Shown piece after piece: positions 10,316 to 19,998 of a stretch of 64,000 nt of DNA. The position numbers and the translations under genes were made by a program. Origin of the DNA: Leptospiraceae bacterium (GTDB lineage Bacteria > Spirochaetota > Leptospiria > Leptospirales > Leptonemataceae); NCBI GenBank assembly GCA_040217195.1, contig JAVJNR010000008.1:320001-384000 (forward strand), given 5' to 3'. Below the pieces are notes generated by a model. It saw only the letters and a program-made list of their open reading frames with translations, did not search any database and had not been told where the DNA came from. Numbering within the stretch: the stretch's first letter is position 1; each line of letters starts with the position of its first letter.

Positions 10316-10387
10316 CAAACCTTGATTTTTTTATGCAGCGCAGGACGCAACCGTTTTGAATTCGTCTCCGGGGCCAGGCAATCAGGC

Positions 10388-10978
10388 TTACATGGTGCCA
10401 TAGTAGTCCGCCGATGAGTAATCATCGGGCAATTCTTCCAGTGTAGTGCCAATTAGCTCAAGACCGTCTCTATTCTCAGGAGGTATCAGGGTGCCTTCGG
10501 TACTGCAATCGGTGAATCGGCTCTCTACAAACCTGGTTCCGTGGAATCTGGACCGGTGCAGTTCGCAGTTCATTAGCTGGCAGTCCTCCATCTCAGAAAG
10601 GATTACCGAGGCTTTGGTAAAATCGCAGGATTGAAATTTTAAACTCTCCAGGTCGGTCTTCATGAAGGAGGTCTCGGGCAGACTTACTTTCGAAAAAGAG
10701 CAGTTCTTCAGGTGAGCTCCATGAAATGTGGAACCTCGTAGATCGGCACCGTCGAAGGTAACGAACTCCAGATCACAGCCTGAAAAGCAAACTCCTCGTA
10801 AGCCACTTCCAGTAAAATTCGCACCGGAAAGCTCGCTGCCGCCAAAGTCGCTTCCGGAAAGGTCCAGACCGGAAAGATCCAGGCCTCTTAAATCCAGATG
10901 TTTCAATTTCAGTCCATCAGGGAATTTTAGAAGCAATCGGTGGATTTCTTCGCGCGTGGATGGGAATCCGCCGGTCAT
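10388..10978 (-). CDS. Pentapeptide repeat protein
   Basis: (A/S/L)-D/N-L/F-x-G repeats (LDLRG LDLSG LDLSG SDFGG SELSG ANFTG). Start 10978 chosen from the upstream promoter-like motif. Confidence 0.85.
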   Translation of the reverse strand: MTGGFPSTREEIHRLLLKFPDGLKLKHLDLRGLDLSGLDLSGSDFGGSELSGANFTGSGLRGVCFSGCDLEFVTFDGADLRGSTFHGAHLKNCSFSKVSLPETSFMKTDLESLKFQSCDFTKASVILSEMEDCQLMNCELHRSRFHGTRFVESRFTDCSTEGTLIPPENRDGLELIGTTLEELPDDYSSADYYGTM

Positions 10979-11128
10979 ACAGTATGGTAAGGAATCCATG
11001 GAAGCTGGCAACAATACATGGATACTTTTTCCGTCGCAGAAAGGATACACCTTATGCGATCTGAGGGGTTCAATGGAAATCTAGCCTGGAATGACTATAA
11101 ATTGAGCATCCAGCCCGGTTAGCAGCTT

Positions 11129-13267
11129 TCAGGGATCCTGCCACATACCATGCTCTTGAATCAAATCAATCAATGCCTGGTCTGCTTCTGATGAGGGGAT
11201 GTTCTTTCGAACCACTTCTTTGCCATGGTACAGATTGATTTTTCCTGGTGCAGACCCCACGTATCCAAAATCCGCATCTGCCATTTCACCCGGCCCGTTT
11301 ACAATGCAGCCCATGACAGCAATCTTAACTCCTTTCAGATGACCGGTCTTGGATTTGATCCTGGCCGTGGTTTCCTGAAGATCGAATAACGTACGGCCGC
11401 AGGAAGGGCAACTAATGTACTCCGTGCGGTAAAGCCGAATACGGGTAGTTTGCAGTAAATCCAGAGCCATGGAAACAGCGGATGCAGAATCTGAGGATTG
11501 AACCAGGATTCCGTCTCCCAGGCCCTCCAGAAGCAACCCTCCGCTATGAATGGATGTGCGATACAGGGATGCATTTTCGTTAATCTCAGCCTCTGCTGCA
11601 GAATCCATGGAGCTTGCCAGTTGCTTTCTGGCACCGGCCGAGGAGAATAAAACCACAGGGATTCTCTGACCCATTTTTTCCAGAATCTCCACTGCCAATC
11701 GATAGCTAAGAGTTGCGGATACAGGTTCCTGGCAATTCAAAGTAAGCCAGGTGGGTTTCCAGGAAGCGATTTGATTCAAAGCGTCGGGCAAATCTTTGAG
11801 ATCGGCTACCGAGCCAATCTGAAGACAATAGGCCGCTGCCGGGTTCAAGGAATGGTCTGCTTTCATGCTCTGCAATTCTGAGATTGTAAATTGATAGAGG
11901 GGGAGAACCGATGGTGCATTCAGAGGTTCAGCGTTGCCTAAATCCCAATCGTCCTGAATGGACCTGGAAAGATATACAGGTATTTCACTTAAACCTTCTA
12001 GCTGAGCCTCATCCTCGATAACTACAAAATCGATTCCTTCTAATTGATCGGGCAGCTTCTGATCCGCACTGAGCCAGATGCCGGCGCGAACGGGATTCAG
12101 TGCTCCGAATGAAATAGCAGGCGCAAGGGAACCTTGCGTATTCTCAGTATCGATCTGAGCGCTGGCTGGAGCATCCGTCTTTCTTCGCAGGGTTGTGTAC
12201 GGATTGGCCAGAGATTTGCATCCCAGTTCCGACACACGGCTTGCCAGGTTCAACGAAGAGCTTTGCAGGGCCTGGATTTGAGTTTTCCAGGATTGGCAAA
12301 ATTCTTTCAGTGCATTTTCCTGGAATCGATTGTATAGATCTGCCAGAGCTCTGGCCACAGGTACTTCATGTACTGCATCCTCGGTTAAGGAGACTCGAAT
12401 CGTATCTCCCAGTCCATCCTCCAGCAAAGCGCCGATTCCACATGCAGATTTCATTCGTCCATCTTTGCCATCGCCTGCTTCTGTAACTCCCAGATGCAGA
12501 GGATAATCCATGTCTTCCAGGCGAAACCGCTCCACCAGCATACGATAGGCCTGAATCATTACCTGAGGATTGCTTGCCTTCATAGAAACGATAATATCCC
12601 GGTAATCATAGAGTTCTGCAATCTTGATAAACTCTATGGCCGATTCTACCATTCCTCGCGGAGTATCACCGTAGCGATTCATGATACGATCGGACAGTGA
12701 ACCATGGTTGACTCCAATACGCATGGACCGGCCAAGCTCCTGGGCGCGCAAAACCAGAGGCTTAAACAAATCATGAATTCGTTCCAGCTCTTTCTGGTAC
12801 TCCAGGTCCGTATACTCTCGAACAGCAAACATCTTTGTATCTGCGAAATTGCCTGGATTGATGCGAACCTTTTCTACATACTCTACCGCTGTCAGTGCCG
12901 CTCGCGGAGAGAAATGTATATCTGCCACCAGCGGACCTGTATATCCCTGCTCATTTAGTCTGTTTCGAATGCTTTCCAGGTTTTTGGCCTCTTTCGGACC
13001 CTGGGCTGTAATCCTTACTATCTCGCATCCAGCATCAAAGAGCTGAATGGCTTCGGCCACTGTGGCCTCTGTATCCAGAGTTGGCGCCACGGTCATGGAT
13101 TGAATTCGGATGGGATTGCTGCCGCCAACTCCAACAGAGCCTACCATTACTTCCCTGGTGTTACGTCTCTGGTAGGAGAACAGGTCATTCGTAAAATTCC
13201 CATTGGGCTCAAATTCCAGGCTTTGAAAAGGGGGTGCGGATTGATCCGTATTGACGGCTGAGTTCAC
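11129..13267 (-). CDS. ispG: (E)-4-hydroxy-3-methylbut-2-enyl-diphosphate synthase, long form with central insertion domain
   Basis: PIRIQSMT, PLVADIHF, RINPGN, YPLHLGVTEAG, SCPSCGRT and MGCIVNGPGE motifs. Confidence 0.97.
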   Translation of the reverse strand: MNSAVNTDQSAPPFQSLEFEPNGNFTNDLFSYQRRNTREVMVGSVGVGGSNPIRIQSMTVAPTLDTEATVAEAIQLFDAGCEIVRITAQGPKEAKNLESIRNRLNEQGYTGPLVADIHFSPRAALTAVEYVEKVRINPGNFADTKMFAVREYTDLEYQKELERIHDLFKPLVLRAQELGRSMRIGVNHGSLSDRIMNRYGDTPRGMVESAIEFIKIAELYDYRDIIVSMKASNPQVMIQAYRMLVERFRLEDMDYPLHLGVTEAGDGKDGRMKSACGIGALLEDGLGDTIRVSLTEDAVHEVPVARALADLYNRFQENALKEFCQSWKTQIQALQSSSLNLASRVSELGCKSLANPYTTLRRKTDAPASAQIDTENTQGSLAPAISFGALNPVRAGIWLSADQKLPDQLEGIDFVVIEDEAQLEGLSEIPVYLSRSIQDDWDLGNAEPLNAPSVLPLYQFTISELQSMKADHSLNPAAAYCLQIGSVADLKDLPDALNQIASWKPTWLTLNCQEPVSATLSYRLAVEILEKMGQRIPVVLFSSAGARKQLASSMDSAAEAEINENASLYRTSIHSGGLLLEGLGDGILVQSSDSASAVSMALDLLQTTRIRLYRTEYISCPSCGRTLFDLQETTARIKSKTGHLKGVKIAVMGCIVNGPGEMADADFGYVGSAPGKINLYHGKEVVRKNIPSSEADQALIDLIQEHGMWQDP

Positions 13268-13308
13268 AATTCAAAATTGAAACGAAACCCTTCGGGAGCA
13301 ACAGAAAA

Positions 13309-15117
13309 ATGGCCAATCCAGGATTACAGCCTTTCGACATTTCGGACTATGAAGGACTGAGAGGTCTGAACTTCTTTGAGGAGGACCGAGTTCTGCAGAG
13401 AATCATGCTGCAGCATGCCAGTGGACTGGAAAAGGACCATGCCGCGGACATGATGGGGCATATCCACGGATATGGAGGACTGACCGGCGGCATCCTGGAT
13501 GAATTAACTGTGGCTTCCCATAGAGAGGGAAAGTATGGTGAAATCCGCACTTTTGATCGATCCGGTAACCGAATCGATGAAATAGATTACTGTGCAGAAC
13601 AACTGGAATCCAGAAGAATCTCCTATGATTACGGAATCGTCAATCTGGACTTCCATCCAGAGTGGAAGCATCCATTTACAACGTTACACCGAATGGCCCT
13701 GGCCTATCTATGCAATGAGGTAGGAGAAGGAGGAGTGGCCTGTCCACTGGCCATGACCGATGGGATGATTCTGGCTCTCAAGGAACTGGGTACCGATGAG
13801 CAAAAGGAATTGTACCTCCCACTTGTGGCCGGTCCCGGAAGTTATAGTCATTTCATGTGCGGCCAGTATGTCACGGAAAGAGTAGGCGGATCCAATGTAG
13901 GAGCCAATCGTACTGTGGCAAGACCTCTGGAAAACGGCAAATGGGTATTAACCGGAGAGAAATGGTTCTGTTCCAATCCTGGTGATCTATGGGTCACAAC
14001 GGCGCGAATTGAGGATTCGGAACGAATTGGTATGTTTCTGGTTCCCAGACTGAAAGAGGATGGAACCAAGAACGGCTATCAACTGCTGCGAAAGAAAGAA
14101 ATCATTGGCTCTCGGGGAAAACTAACCGCTGAGTGCACCTATGAAGATTTGATCGCTGAGCCCCTGGGTCGAGTATCCCATGGCCTGGCCAACATAATAC
14201 GATATGTAATCAAAACCAGCCGTATGCATGTGGCTGCTGGTGCGGCCGGCATGGGACGAAGAGCTCTTCGCGAGGCCCTGGCGTACACATCCGTGCGAAC
14301 AGCCTACGGAAAACGAATCATAGATATTCCTGTGACCACTCTACTGCTTTCCAGAATGAGCATTTTACAGACGGCTGTGGAGCTGGCCATTTTTAGAACT
14401 TTTAGAATGGAAGAAGAAGGGGATGTACTGAGCGGATTGTTAACTCCATTGATGAAATACTGCTCCAGCGTGCATTCCACCTGGCTGATTCAAAAAGCGA
14501 TGATGCTACATGGTGGCAATGGAATCCTGGGTGATTTTTCGGTCCTGCCCAGGCTGCTAAACGATTCAATAATCAATGAAACCTGGGAAGGGGCTCATCC
14601 ACTTATCCAGGAACATGCACTAAAAGCCTATCATAGACCGAAAATTAAACGTGCTCTGGGAGAATGGATCGAAAGAACCGTTCAGAATGCCACCGGAAGC
14701 GCCGCTGCAAGTACGGCCCGGGCACTGCAAAAGGAATGGCAGGATTTCAACTCTTTCATGAGCGAAAACAGTCATGATTTTTTGGAGCTGAACCGGGAAG
14801 CTGTATGTGATCGATTGTATGGTATTCTTTCGGTGGTGCTGCTGCTCGAACAGTCCCTGTATTCGCCGGAACCATCGCCGGCCCTGGAAGTCTTGAATTC
14901 CGAAATAATGCCCGATGGAAACGATGAGGTAAGATCAGGCTTTGAATACTGGAGCCAGAGAGTGGAAAGAGAAAACAAGATCTTTGCCCTGATGGCATCG
15001 GGGATGATGGAAATGCAAATTCACGGTCGTGAAACCGCAGCCAGCTCAGACGGTGTTTTCTCCAGCATGGAAAGTATGAAATCCATTGTAGGCTTTCAGG
15101 GGTTAATCAATCCCTGA
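13309..15117 (+). CDS. Acyl-CoA dehydrogenase family protein (AidB-like)
   Basis: ACPLAMTDG, GQYVTERVGGSNVG, LTGEKWFCS, HGGNG and ETWEG motifs. Confidence 0.88.
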   Translation: MANPGLQPFDISDYEGLRGLNFFEEDRVLQRIMLQHASGLEKDHAADMMGHIHGYGGLTGGILDELTVASHREGKYGEIRTFDRSGNRIDEIDYCAEQLESRRISYDYGIVNLDFHPEWKHPFTTLHRMALAYLCNEVGEGGVACPLAMTDGMILALKELGTDEQKELYLPLVAGPGSYSHFMCGQYVTERVGGSNVGANRTVARPLENGKWVLTGEKWFCSNPGDLWVTTARIEDSERIGMFLVPRLKEDGTKNGYQLLRKKEIIGSRGKLTAECTYEDLIAEPLGRVSHGLANIIRYVIKTSRMHVAAGAAGMGRRALREALAYTSVRTAYGKRIIDIPVTTLLLSRMSILQTAVELAIFRTFRMEEEGDVLSGLLTPLMKYCSSVHSTWLIQKAMMLHGGNGILGDFSVLPRLLNDSIINETWEGAHPLIQEHALKAYHRPKIKRALGEWIERTVQNATGSAAASTARALQKEWQDFNSFMSENSHDFLELNREAVCDRLYGILSVVLLLEQSLYSPEPSPALEVLNSEIMPDGNDEVRSGFEYWSQRVERENKIFALMASGMMEMQIHGRETAASSDGVFSSMESMKSIVGFQGLINP

Positions 15118-15118
15118 A
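15095..15118. repeat. 24-bp inverted repeat spanning both stop codons of two convergent genes
   Basis: TTCAGGGGTT-AATC-AATCCCTGAA: 10-bp stem with one G-T pair. Confidence 0.8.
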
Positions 15119-15668
15119 TTCTCAGTGCGGGCACAGGACCAAAAAAGCGGCTGTCCAGTCCAGAGTAGCGGTTATCTGCCAGAAGGAAGTATTCTCCAGG
15201 TTTGAGTCTTACCGGAGGCATCTGATCCCAGGCGCTGTCTGCAAGGATGGGTCTTTTTTCACCCAGGGCCTGGTAGGCCACTTCCTGGAATGATTCCCGC
15301 AGAAGTCGGCCATTGATGTAGACTTGAGCGTCTCTCAATTCAATCGTCTGTCCGGGTAAGCCAACAATCCGTCGAATCATATGCACATCTTCCAGTTCTG
15401 GATGGCGTAAGACGACCACGGCACCGGATTTAAGATCTTCTGAGCCAAACATCCTGGAAACATATACCACCTCTCCCGATTTAAGAGAAATGTCCGATGC
15501 AGGAGCCATGGATTGGTCCGGTATTTCCAGAGGATAGGCAACCCAGCCATGCAAAATCCATCTTACCAGAACACCAAGCAATACAGCCAGCACCAGACCA
15601 GTGGCCAGTCCCGCTCCCTGGATTTTGCGTTCCCGATTGGGCACCAGGTCTCTATGACGAAGATTCAT
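15096..15668 (-). CDS. lepB: Signal peptidase I (S26) homologue with catalytic Lys replaced by Arg
   Basis: One TM segment, box B DQSMAP, box D MIRRIVGLPGQ, box E ADNRYSGLDSRFFGPVP. Confidence 0.85.
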   Translation of the reverse strand: MNLRHRDLVPNRERKIQGAGLATGLVLAVLLGVLVRWILHGWVAYPLEIPDQSMAPASDISLKSGEVVYVSRMFGSEDLKSGAVVVLRHPELEDVHMIRRIVGLPGQTIELRDAQVYINGRLLRESFQEVAYQALGEKRPILADSAWDQMPPVRLKPGEYFLLADNRYSGLDSRFFGPVPALRIQGLINP

Positions 15669-15756
15669 AAGAAAACAGGGAGTGGTCAGGCTATGCCGGG
15701 TCAACCGGAATCTAAAATCGCTGGCCAGTGAGCTCCCTGGTCTCAGTCTGGAATTC

Positions 15757-16893
15757 GTGGCGGACTATATCTATATAGATACTCAGCAGGCCCTGGATGA
15801 TGCCATGAGCCACATTGAGAACTCGCCCTACCTTGCCCTGGATACGGAAAGCTCAAGCTTCTATACCTATTTCAACGAACTGTGTTTGCTTCAGTTCAGC
15901 TGTCAGGGAATGCATGGAATCATAGATCCACTGGCCGGACTGAACCTGGCAAGCCTTGGACAGGCCATGGAAAACCAGGCGATAGAGAAAATCTTTCATG
16001 CAGCAGCCTCTGATATCGTTGAACTGAAACGGGACCTGGGCTGGAAATTTGTAAATGTATTCGATACATTCCTGGCCTGCAAGTATCTAGGATTCGATGC
16101 CTGCTCCCTGTCTGCTCTGGTGCATTACTATTGCGGTGTAACCCTGGAGAAGGGCGAGCAGAAATCGAACTGGAAGCAAAGACCTTTAACTCAATCTCAG
16201 CTCGATTATGCACATCTGGATACTCTATATCTGGCAGAAATCAGAAACCATATGCATCCTGAACTGAAAAAGCAAGGTCTGGAAGAGGAGTACTATCAGG
16301 AAATCGAATTCCAGGTGGCCAGCTTATCGGCGGATGTTAAGGAAAAGGATCCAGATTCTTATGCGAAGGTAAACGGAGTGCAAAAGCTTAGCGCTCCAGA
16401 GCGAGGACGATTCAAAGCAATCTTTGATATTCGTGAAGAGGAGGCGGCAGCACAGAACATTGCTCCCTTCCGACTCATAAACAACCATGAAATGATACGC
16501 ATGGCCAGAAATGTTCCCGAAAAAGCATCTGATTTCAGACGATTCAAAGCTCATCCCAGGTTCTTTGCCAGACGCAGCGACGATTTATTAAAATCCATCC
16601 AGGGGGCAGAACCCATTGAAAGGAATCGGCTGCCGGCCCCACCGGTATTTGAGGCGGGAACCGAAGAATTGTTCAAAACACTGAAAGGCTGGCGAAGCGA
16701 AGTGGCTGAAAAAAGAAATATGGAAAGCGGAATGATTCTGAATAACCGGGTATTGAAAGAGATTGCCCGTCAAAGGCCGGTTACCATTGATCAGTTGAAA
16801 TCCATGGATTTGATGACCGCCTGGAAAGCAGAGAATTATGGCCCGGAAATACTGACGACCATAGAGGCAGCCGAAAGCGATAACAGGAAATAA
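15757..16893 (+). CDS. rnd: Ribonuclease D (DEDDy exonuclease plus two HRDC domains)
   Basis: LALDTE, KIFHAAASDI, FDT and SNWKQRPLTQSQLDYAHLD motifs, then HRDC segments. GTG 15757 is preferred over 15682. Confidence 0.9.
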   Translation: MADYIYIDTQQALDDAMSHIENSPYLALDTESSSFYTYFNELCLLQFSCQGMHGIIDPLAGLNLASLGQAMENQAIEKIFHAAASDIVELKRDLGWKFVNVFDTFLACKYLGFDACSLSALVHYYCGVTLEKGEQKSNWKQRPLTQSQLDYAHLDTLYLAEIRNHMHPELKKQGLEEEYYQEIEFQVASLSADVKEKDPDSYAKVNGVQKLSAPERGRFKAIFDIREEEAAAQNIAPFRLINNHEMIRMARNVPEKASDFRRFKAHPRFFARRSDDLLKSIQGAEPIERNRLPAPPVFEAGTEELFKTLKGWRSEVAEKRNMESGMILNNRVLKEIARQRPVTIDQLKSMDLMTAWKAENYGPEILTTIEAAESDNRK

Positions 16894-16917
16894 CTGCCCG
16901 TACTACTGGAGATTCAT

Positions 16918-18042
16918 ATGCCCTCAAATAAACCATCTCGATTTACTATTGCCACCCTGGTGTTTTTAGGAGTACTGGTTGGCACATTTCTCAGTCCTCT
17001 GATATATAGCGGATTTCGAAACTCGGCGAATTACCAGTTCTCGGATGCCCAGCCCCTGAGTGCTGACGATCAGAAGGTGGCCCTGGCATTGCAGGAAAAC
17101 TACATGAATGTTTTTCGCAAGGCTCAGCCTTCCGTAGTTTACATCAGAACAAATGTAGTCATTCAGCCGCGAAACTTCTTTGAGTACTATCGCCAGGTCG
17201 AAGGAGCCGGTGCAGGCTTTGTAATCGACAAAGAAGGTTACATAGTTACCAACAACCATGTTGTTGCAGGGGCCAGAAGGATAGAAGTTATCTTTAGCGA
17301 TAGCCGTACTGTGGAGGCCACCCTGGTGGGCCGGGATGAAGCTTCGGATATTGCTCTGATCAAAGTGCCAGCCTCAGATGATCTGGTACCGGCTGTTCTG
17401 GGAGACTCTGATAAGGTGGAGCCAGGACAGATGGCATTTGCTCTGGGTAGCCCGTTTGGACTGGAAAGCACATTTACCATGGGAATCATATCTGCCAAGG
17501 CGCGAAAGGTAGATAACTCCAGGTATTCCAGGATTCAAACGGATGCTTCCATTAATCCAGGGAACTCCGGAGGCCCGTTGCTCAATATTTTTGGTGAAGT
17601 GGTAGGCATCAATCAATCCATCATTTCGCCAAACGGCCAGGGGGGATCAGTGGGAATTGGATTTGCCATTCCTATCAATGAAGCCAAGGCTATCATTCAG
17701 CAGCTTAAAACGGAAAAGAGAGTTATTGGAAAACCAGCCCTTGGTGTGTCCCTGACTCAGCCCGGCCAATCCTTTCGCAACTATCTGAATCTGGGTAACG
17801 AACCAGGAGTTCTGGTGCGATTCGTAGTGCCCGGTTCGGCCGCAGAAGAAGCTGGTATTCGGCAAAACGATTTTATTACAAAAGCTAACGGAACGGTCAT
17901 CGAAGAGCCTGATGATTTGATTGCTCAGGTCCAGGAGACTGGAGTCGGTAACAAACTGGAGCTGGAAATCATTCGAGACGGAAAGAGGATCAAGGTCACA
18001 GCTACCATCGGAGAAGATCTACAGACCGGAAGTCCCATGTAA
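16918..18042 (+). CDS. HtrA/DegP-family serine protease with one PDZ domain
   Basis: VTNNHVV, DIALIK and QTDASINPGNSGGPL motifs; C-terminal PDZ; N-terminal TM. Confidence 0.95.
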   Translation: MPSNKPSRFTIATLVFLGVLVGTFLSPLIYSGFRNSANYQFSDAQPLSADDQKVALALQENYMNVFRKAQPSVVYIRTNVVIQPRNFFEYYRQVEGAGAGFVIDKEGYIVTNNHVVAGARRIEVIFSDSRTVEATLVGRDEASDIALIKVPASDDLVPAVLGDSDKVEPGQMAFALGSPFGLESTFTMGIISAKARKVDNSRYSRIQTDASINPGNSGGPLLNIFGEVVGINQSIISPNGQGGSVGIGFAIPINEAKAIIQQLKTEKRVIGKPALGVSLTQPGQSFRNYLNLGNEPGVLVRFVVPGSAAEEAGIRQNDFITKANGTVIEEPDDLIAQVQETGVGNKLELEIIRDGKRIKVTATIGEDLQTGSPM

Positions 18043-18085
18043 TTTACCAGCCTTGTAGCGCAGCCTTATTTGCTGCGCGAAAGTC

Positions 18086-18931
18086 GTGCTAGACCCTGCT
18101 CTGGAGAATGATATGCAGCCTACAACCGCTCTTCAACTGGATCAGTGGATTCAACTTCAGGAATGTGAATCCACCAATGAATTGCTTATGTCCGGAGACT
18201 ATGCACCGGGAACTATTGTAACCGCACAGAACCAGACCTCTGGCAGGGGCCGTTCCGGTCGTCGCTGGCGACAATCTCCGCAGAAGGCTCTGTATTTTTC
18301 AGGGATTTATGCATGGCAGGAACCTCCTGGTCCTTTGTTCTCCCTGGCTGTTGGACTGGCGGTGCTTGAAGCCCTGGAGAAATGGCCTGCTCTGAAGCCA
18401 CATACTCCGGGATTGGGCCTCAAATGGCCCAACGATTTGATTCGAATTGCCCGGGATAATTCTCTTCAAAAGATTGGAGGAATTCTCATCGAAGGGAAGC
18501 TACAGAATTCAATGTGGCATTCTGTAGTGGGCATAGGTCTCAACTGGCAGGGAGCGCCGGAAGCTTCGCAAGAGGATCCCATTTCCCCGGGAGCCCTTAT
18601 TTCGCAAGGTTCGCAGAAAGCGAATCCAGACAATGCCAGGGAAGGACAAGATCCCGAGAGTACTTCAATGCAACAATTTTTGCCCTTTCTGGTGGAACGA
18701 TTAAATGCTGGTGCTGCCGGCTATCAGCGTCCTGATTTCCTGAGAGACTATCTTGCACGGGACGTCTTGCAGCAAAGGAAGGTGCGTTTGCAGGAAGGGA
18801 AGGTGCGTTTGCAGGAAGGGAATGAAACGGTAGAAAGCCGGGTAAGCGGAATCAATTCCGAAGGCTCACTGGTTCTTGAGAATGGAACTATCATTTCCGA
18901 CAGTGCTCGCCATCTGGAGATCATCCAATAG
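18086..18931 (+). CDS. birA: Biotin--protein ligase lacking the N-terminal HTH
   Basis: ESTN, QTSGRGRSGRRW, LKWPND, KIGGILIE and GIGLN motifs. Start uncertain. Confidence 0.88.
   Translation: MLDPALENDMQPTTALQLDQWIQLQECESTNELLMSGDYAPGTIVTAQNQTSGRGRSGRRWRQSPQKALYFSGIYAWQEPPGPLFSLAVGLAVLEALEKWPALKPHTPGLGLKWPNDLIRIARDNSLQKIGGILIEGKLQNSMWHSVVGIGLNWQGAPEASQEDPISPGALISQGSQKANPDNAREGQDPESTSMQQFLPFLVERLNAGAAGYQRPDFLRDYLARDVLQQRKVRLQEGKVRLQEGNETVESRVSGINSEGSLVLENGTIISDSARHLEIIQ
18777..18822 (+). repeat. Perfect 21-bp tandem duplication inside birA
   Basis: GGAAGGTGCGTTTGCAGGAAG x2 plus GGAA, encoding KVRLQEG twice. Confidence 0.95.
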
Positions 18932-19020
18932 AAAGCTAGCTTCCATCCGCGGGGCACCGCATGAATCTTGAATGCCTTCTGGCACCGAATCCATGAAAGA
19001 TAAAGAAGAGAACGGAAACT

Positions 19021-19809
19021 ATGAAATATGGCCTGGCAGTAGATATTGGAAACACAAATACAGTTTTTGGACTTTGCCTGGAAAGTAGCGGGGAAATTCT
19101 TAAATCCTGGAGAACTGTAACCCATCGAGACCGGACTTCGGATGAACTGGGGATCTTCCTGAAGGGGTTCCTGCAATCCGCAGGCATTGAAGCGATGGAT
19201 GTTGGATATTTCATCTACAGCTCCGTTGTTCCCAGCTTTAATCCAATTGTAGAGAAAATGGTTCGGGACTATTATCATACGGAGCCTTTGAAAGTTCACT
19301 ATGAGCTACCGCTGCCCATAGAGTTCGTTTATCCAAGGCCTTACGAAATAGGTCCGGACCGAATCGTAAATGCTATTGCAGCCAGTAAGATGTACGGAGG
19401 TGATTTGATTGTAATCGACCTGGGCACCGCAACTACCTTTTGTTTGATGCATGGTTCGCAATACATGGGCGGTAGTATTGCTCCTGGACTCAAGCTGTCC
19501 ATGGAGGCCCTGTCCAGACGGGCGGCCATGCTTCCACCCATTGAATTTGCCTGTCCCCCGGGTGGTGTGCTGGGGGATTCCACCATGCATTCCATCCAGT
19601 CCGGCTTTTTCTTTGGATGGATAGGTTTGCTTCGCGAAATCATCGAGCAATTTCGCGCAAGGGAACCGGACCGAAGCTACAGAGTTATTGCCACTGGCGG
19701 TCTGGCCTCCTTGATTCATGCAGAAAGACCGGATCTATTCGATGAAGTGGATGGACTGCTTACTTTGCGCGGTCTGCAAATGATCCATGAACATCTCAAT
19801 AAGAAGTAA
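19021..19809 (+). CDS. coaX: Type III pantothenate kinase
   Basis: AVDIGNTN, SSVVP, GPDR, IDLGTATT, GGSIAPG and ATGG motifs. Confidence 0.95.
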   Translation: MKYGLAVDIGNTNTVFGLCLESSGEILKSWRTVTHRDRTSDELGIFLKGFLQSAGIEAMDVGYFIYSSVVPSFNPIVEKMVRDYYHTEPLKVHYELPLPIEFVYPRPYEIGPDRIVNAIAASKMYGGDLIVIDLGTATTFCLMHGSQYMGGSIAPGLKLSMEALSRRAAMLPPIEFACPPGGVLGDSTMHSIQSGFFFGWIGLLREIIEQFRAREPDRSYRVIATGGLASLIHAERPDLFDEVDGLLTLRGLQMIHEHLNKK

Positions 19810-19959
19810 GGGAAAATCCCGCATTTTTGAGCCGGCCTGGATTAAAGTACTGGCTTTGCCTGGCAAGACCCGTTATTCATTAGATGCATGCAGTAATGCC
19901 AACCAGGATATGAGGTTCAAAACTGTATGACGAATTTCCTGCTGAGAATGAAGAGAATT

Positions 19960-19975
19960 GCCAGAGATCTCTGGC
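19960..19975. promoter_or_regulatory. Perfect 16-bp palindrome upstream of the ABC transporter, candidate operator
   Basis: GCCAGAGATCTCTGGC, 23 bp before ATG 19999. Confidence 0.4.
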
Positions 19976-19998
19976 TAAGTTGACTGTGTCCGAAAACT

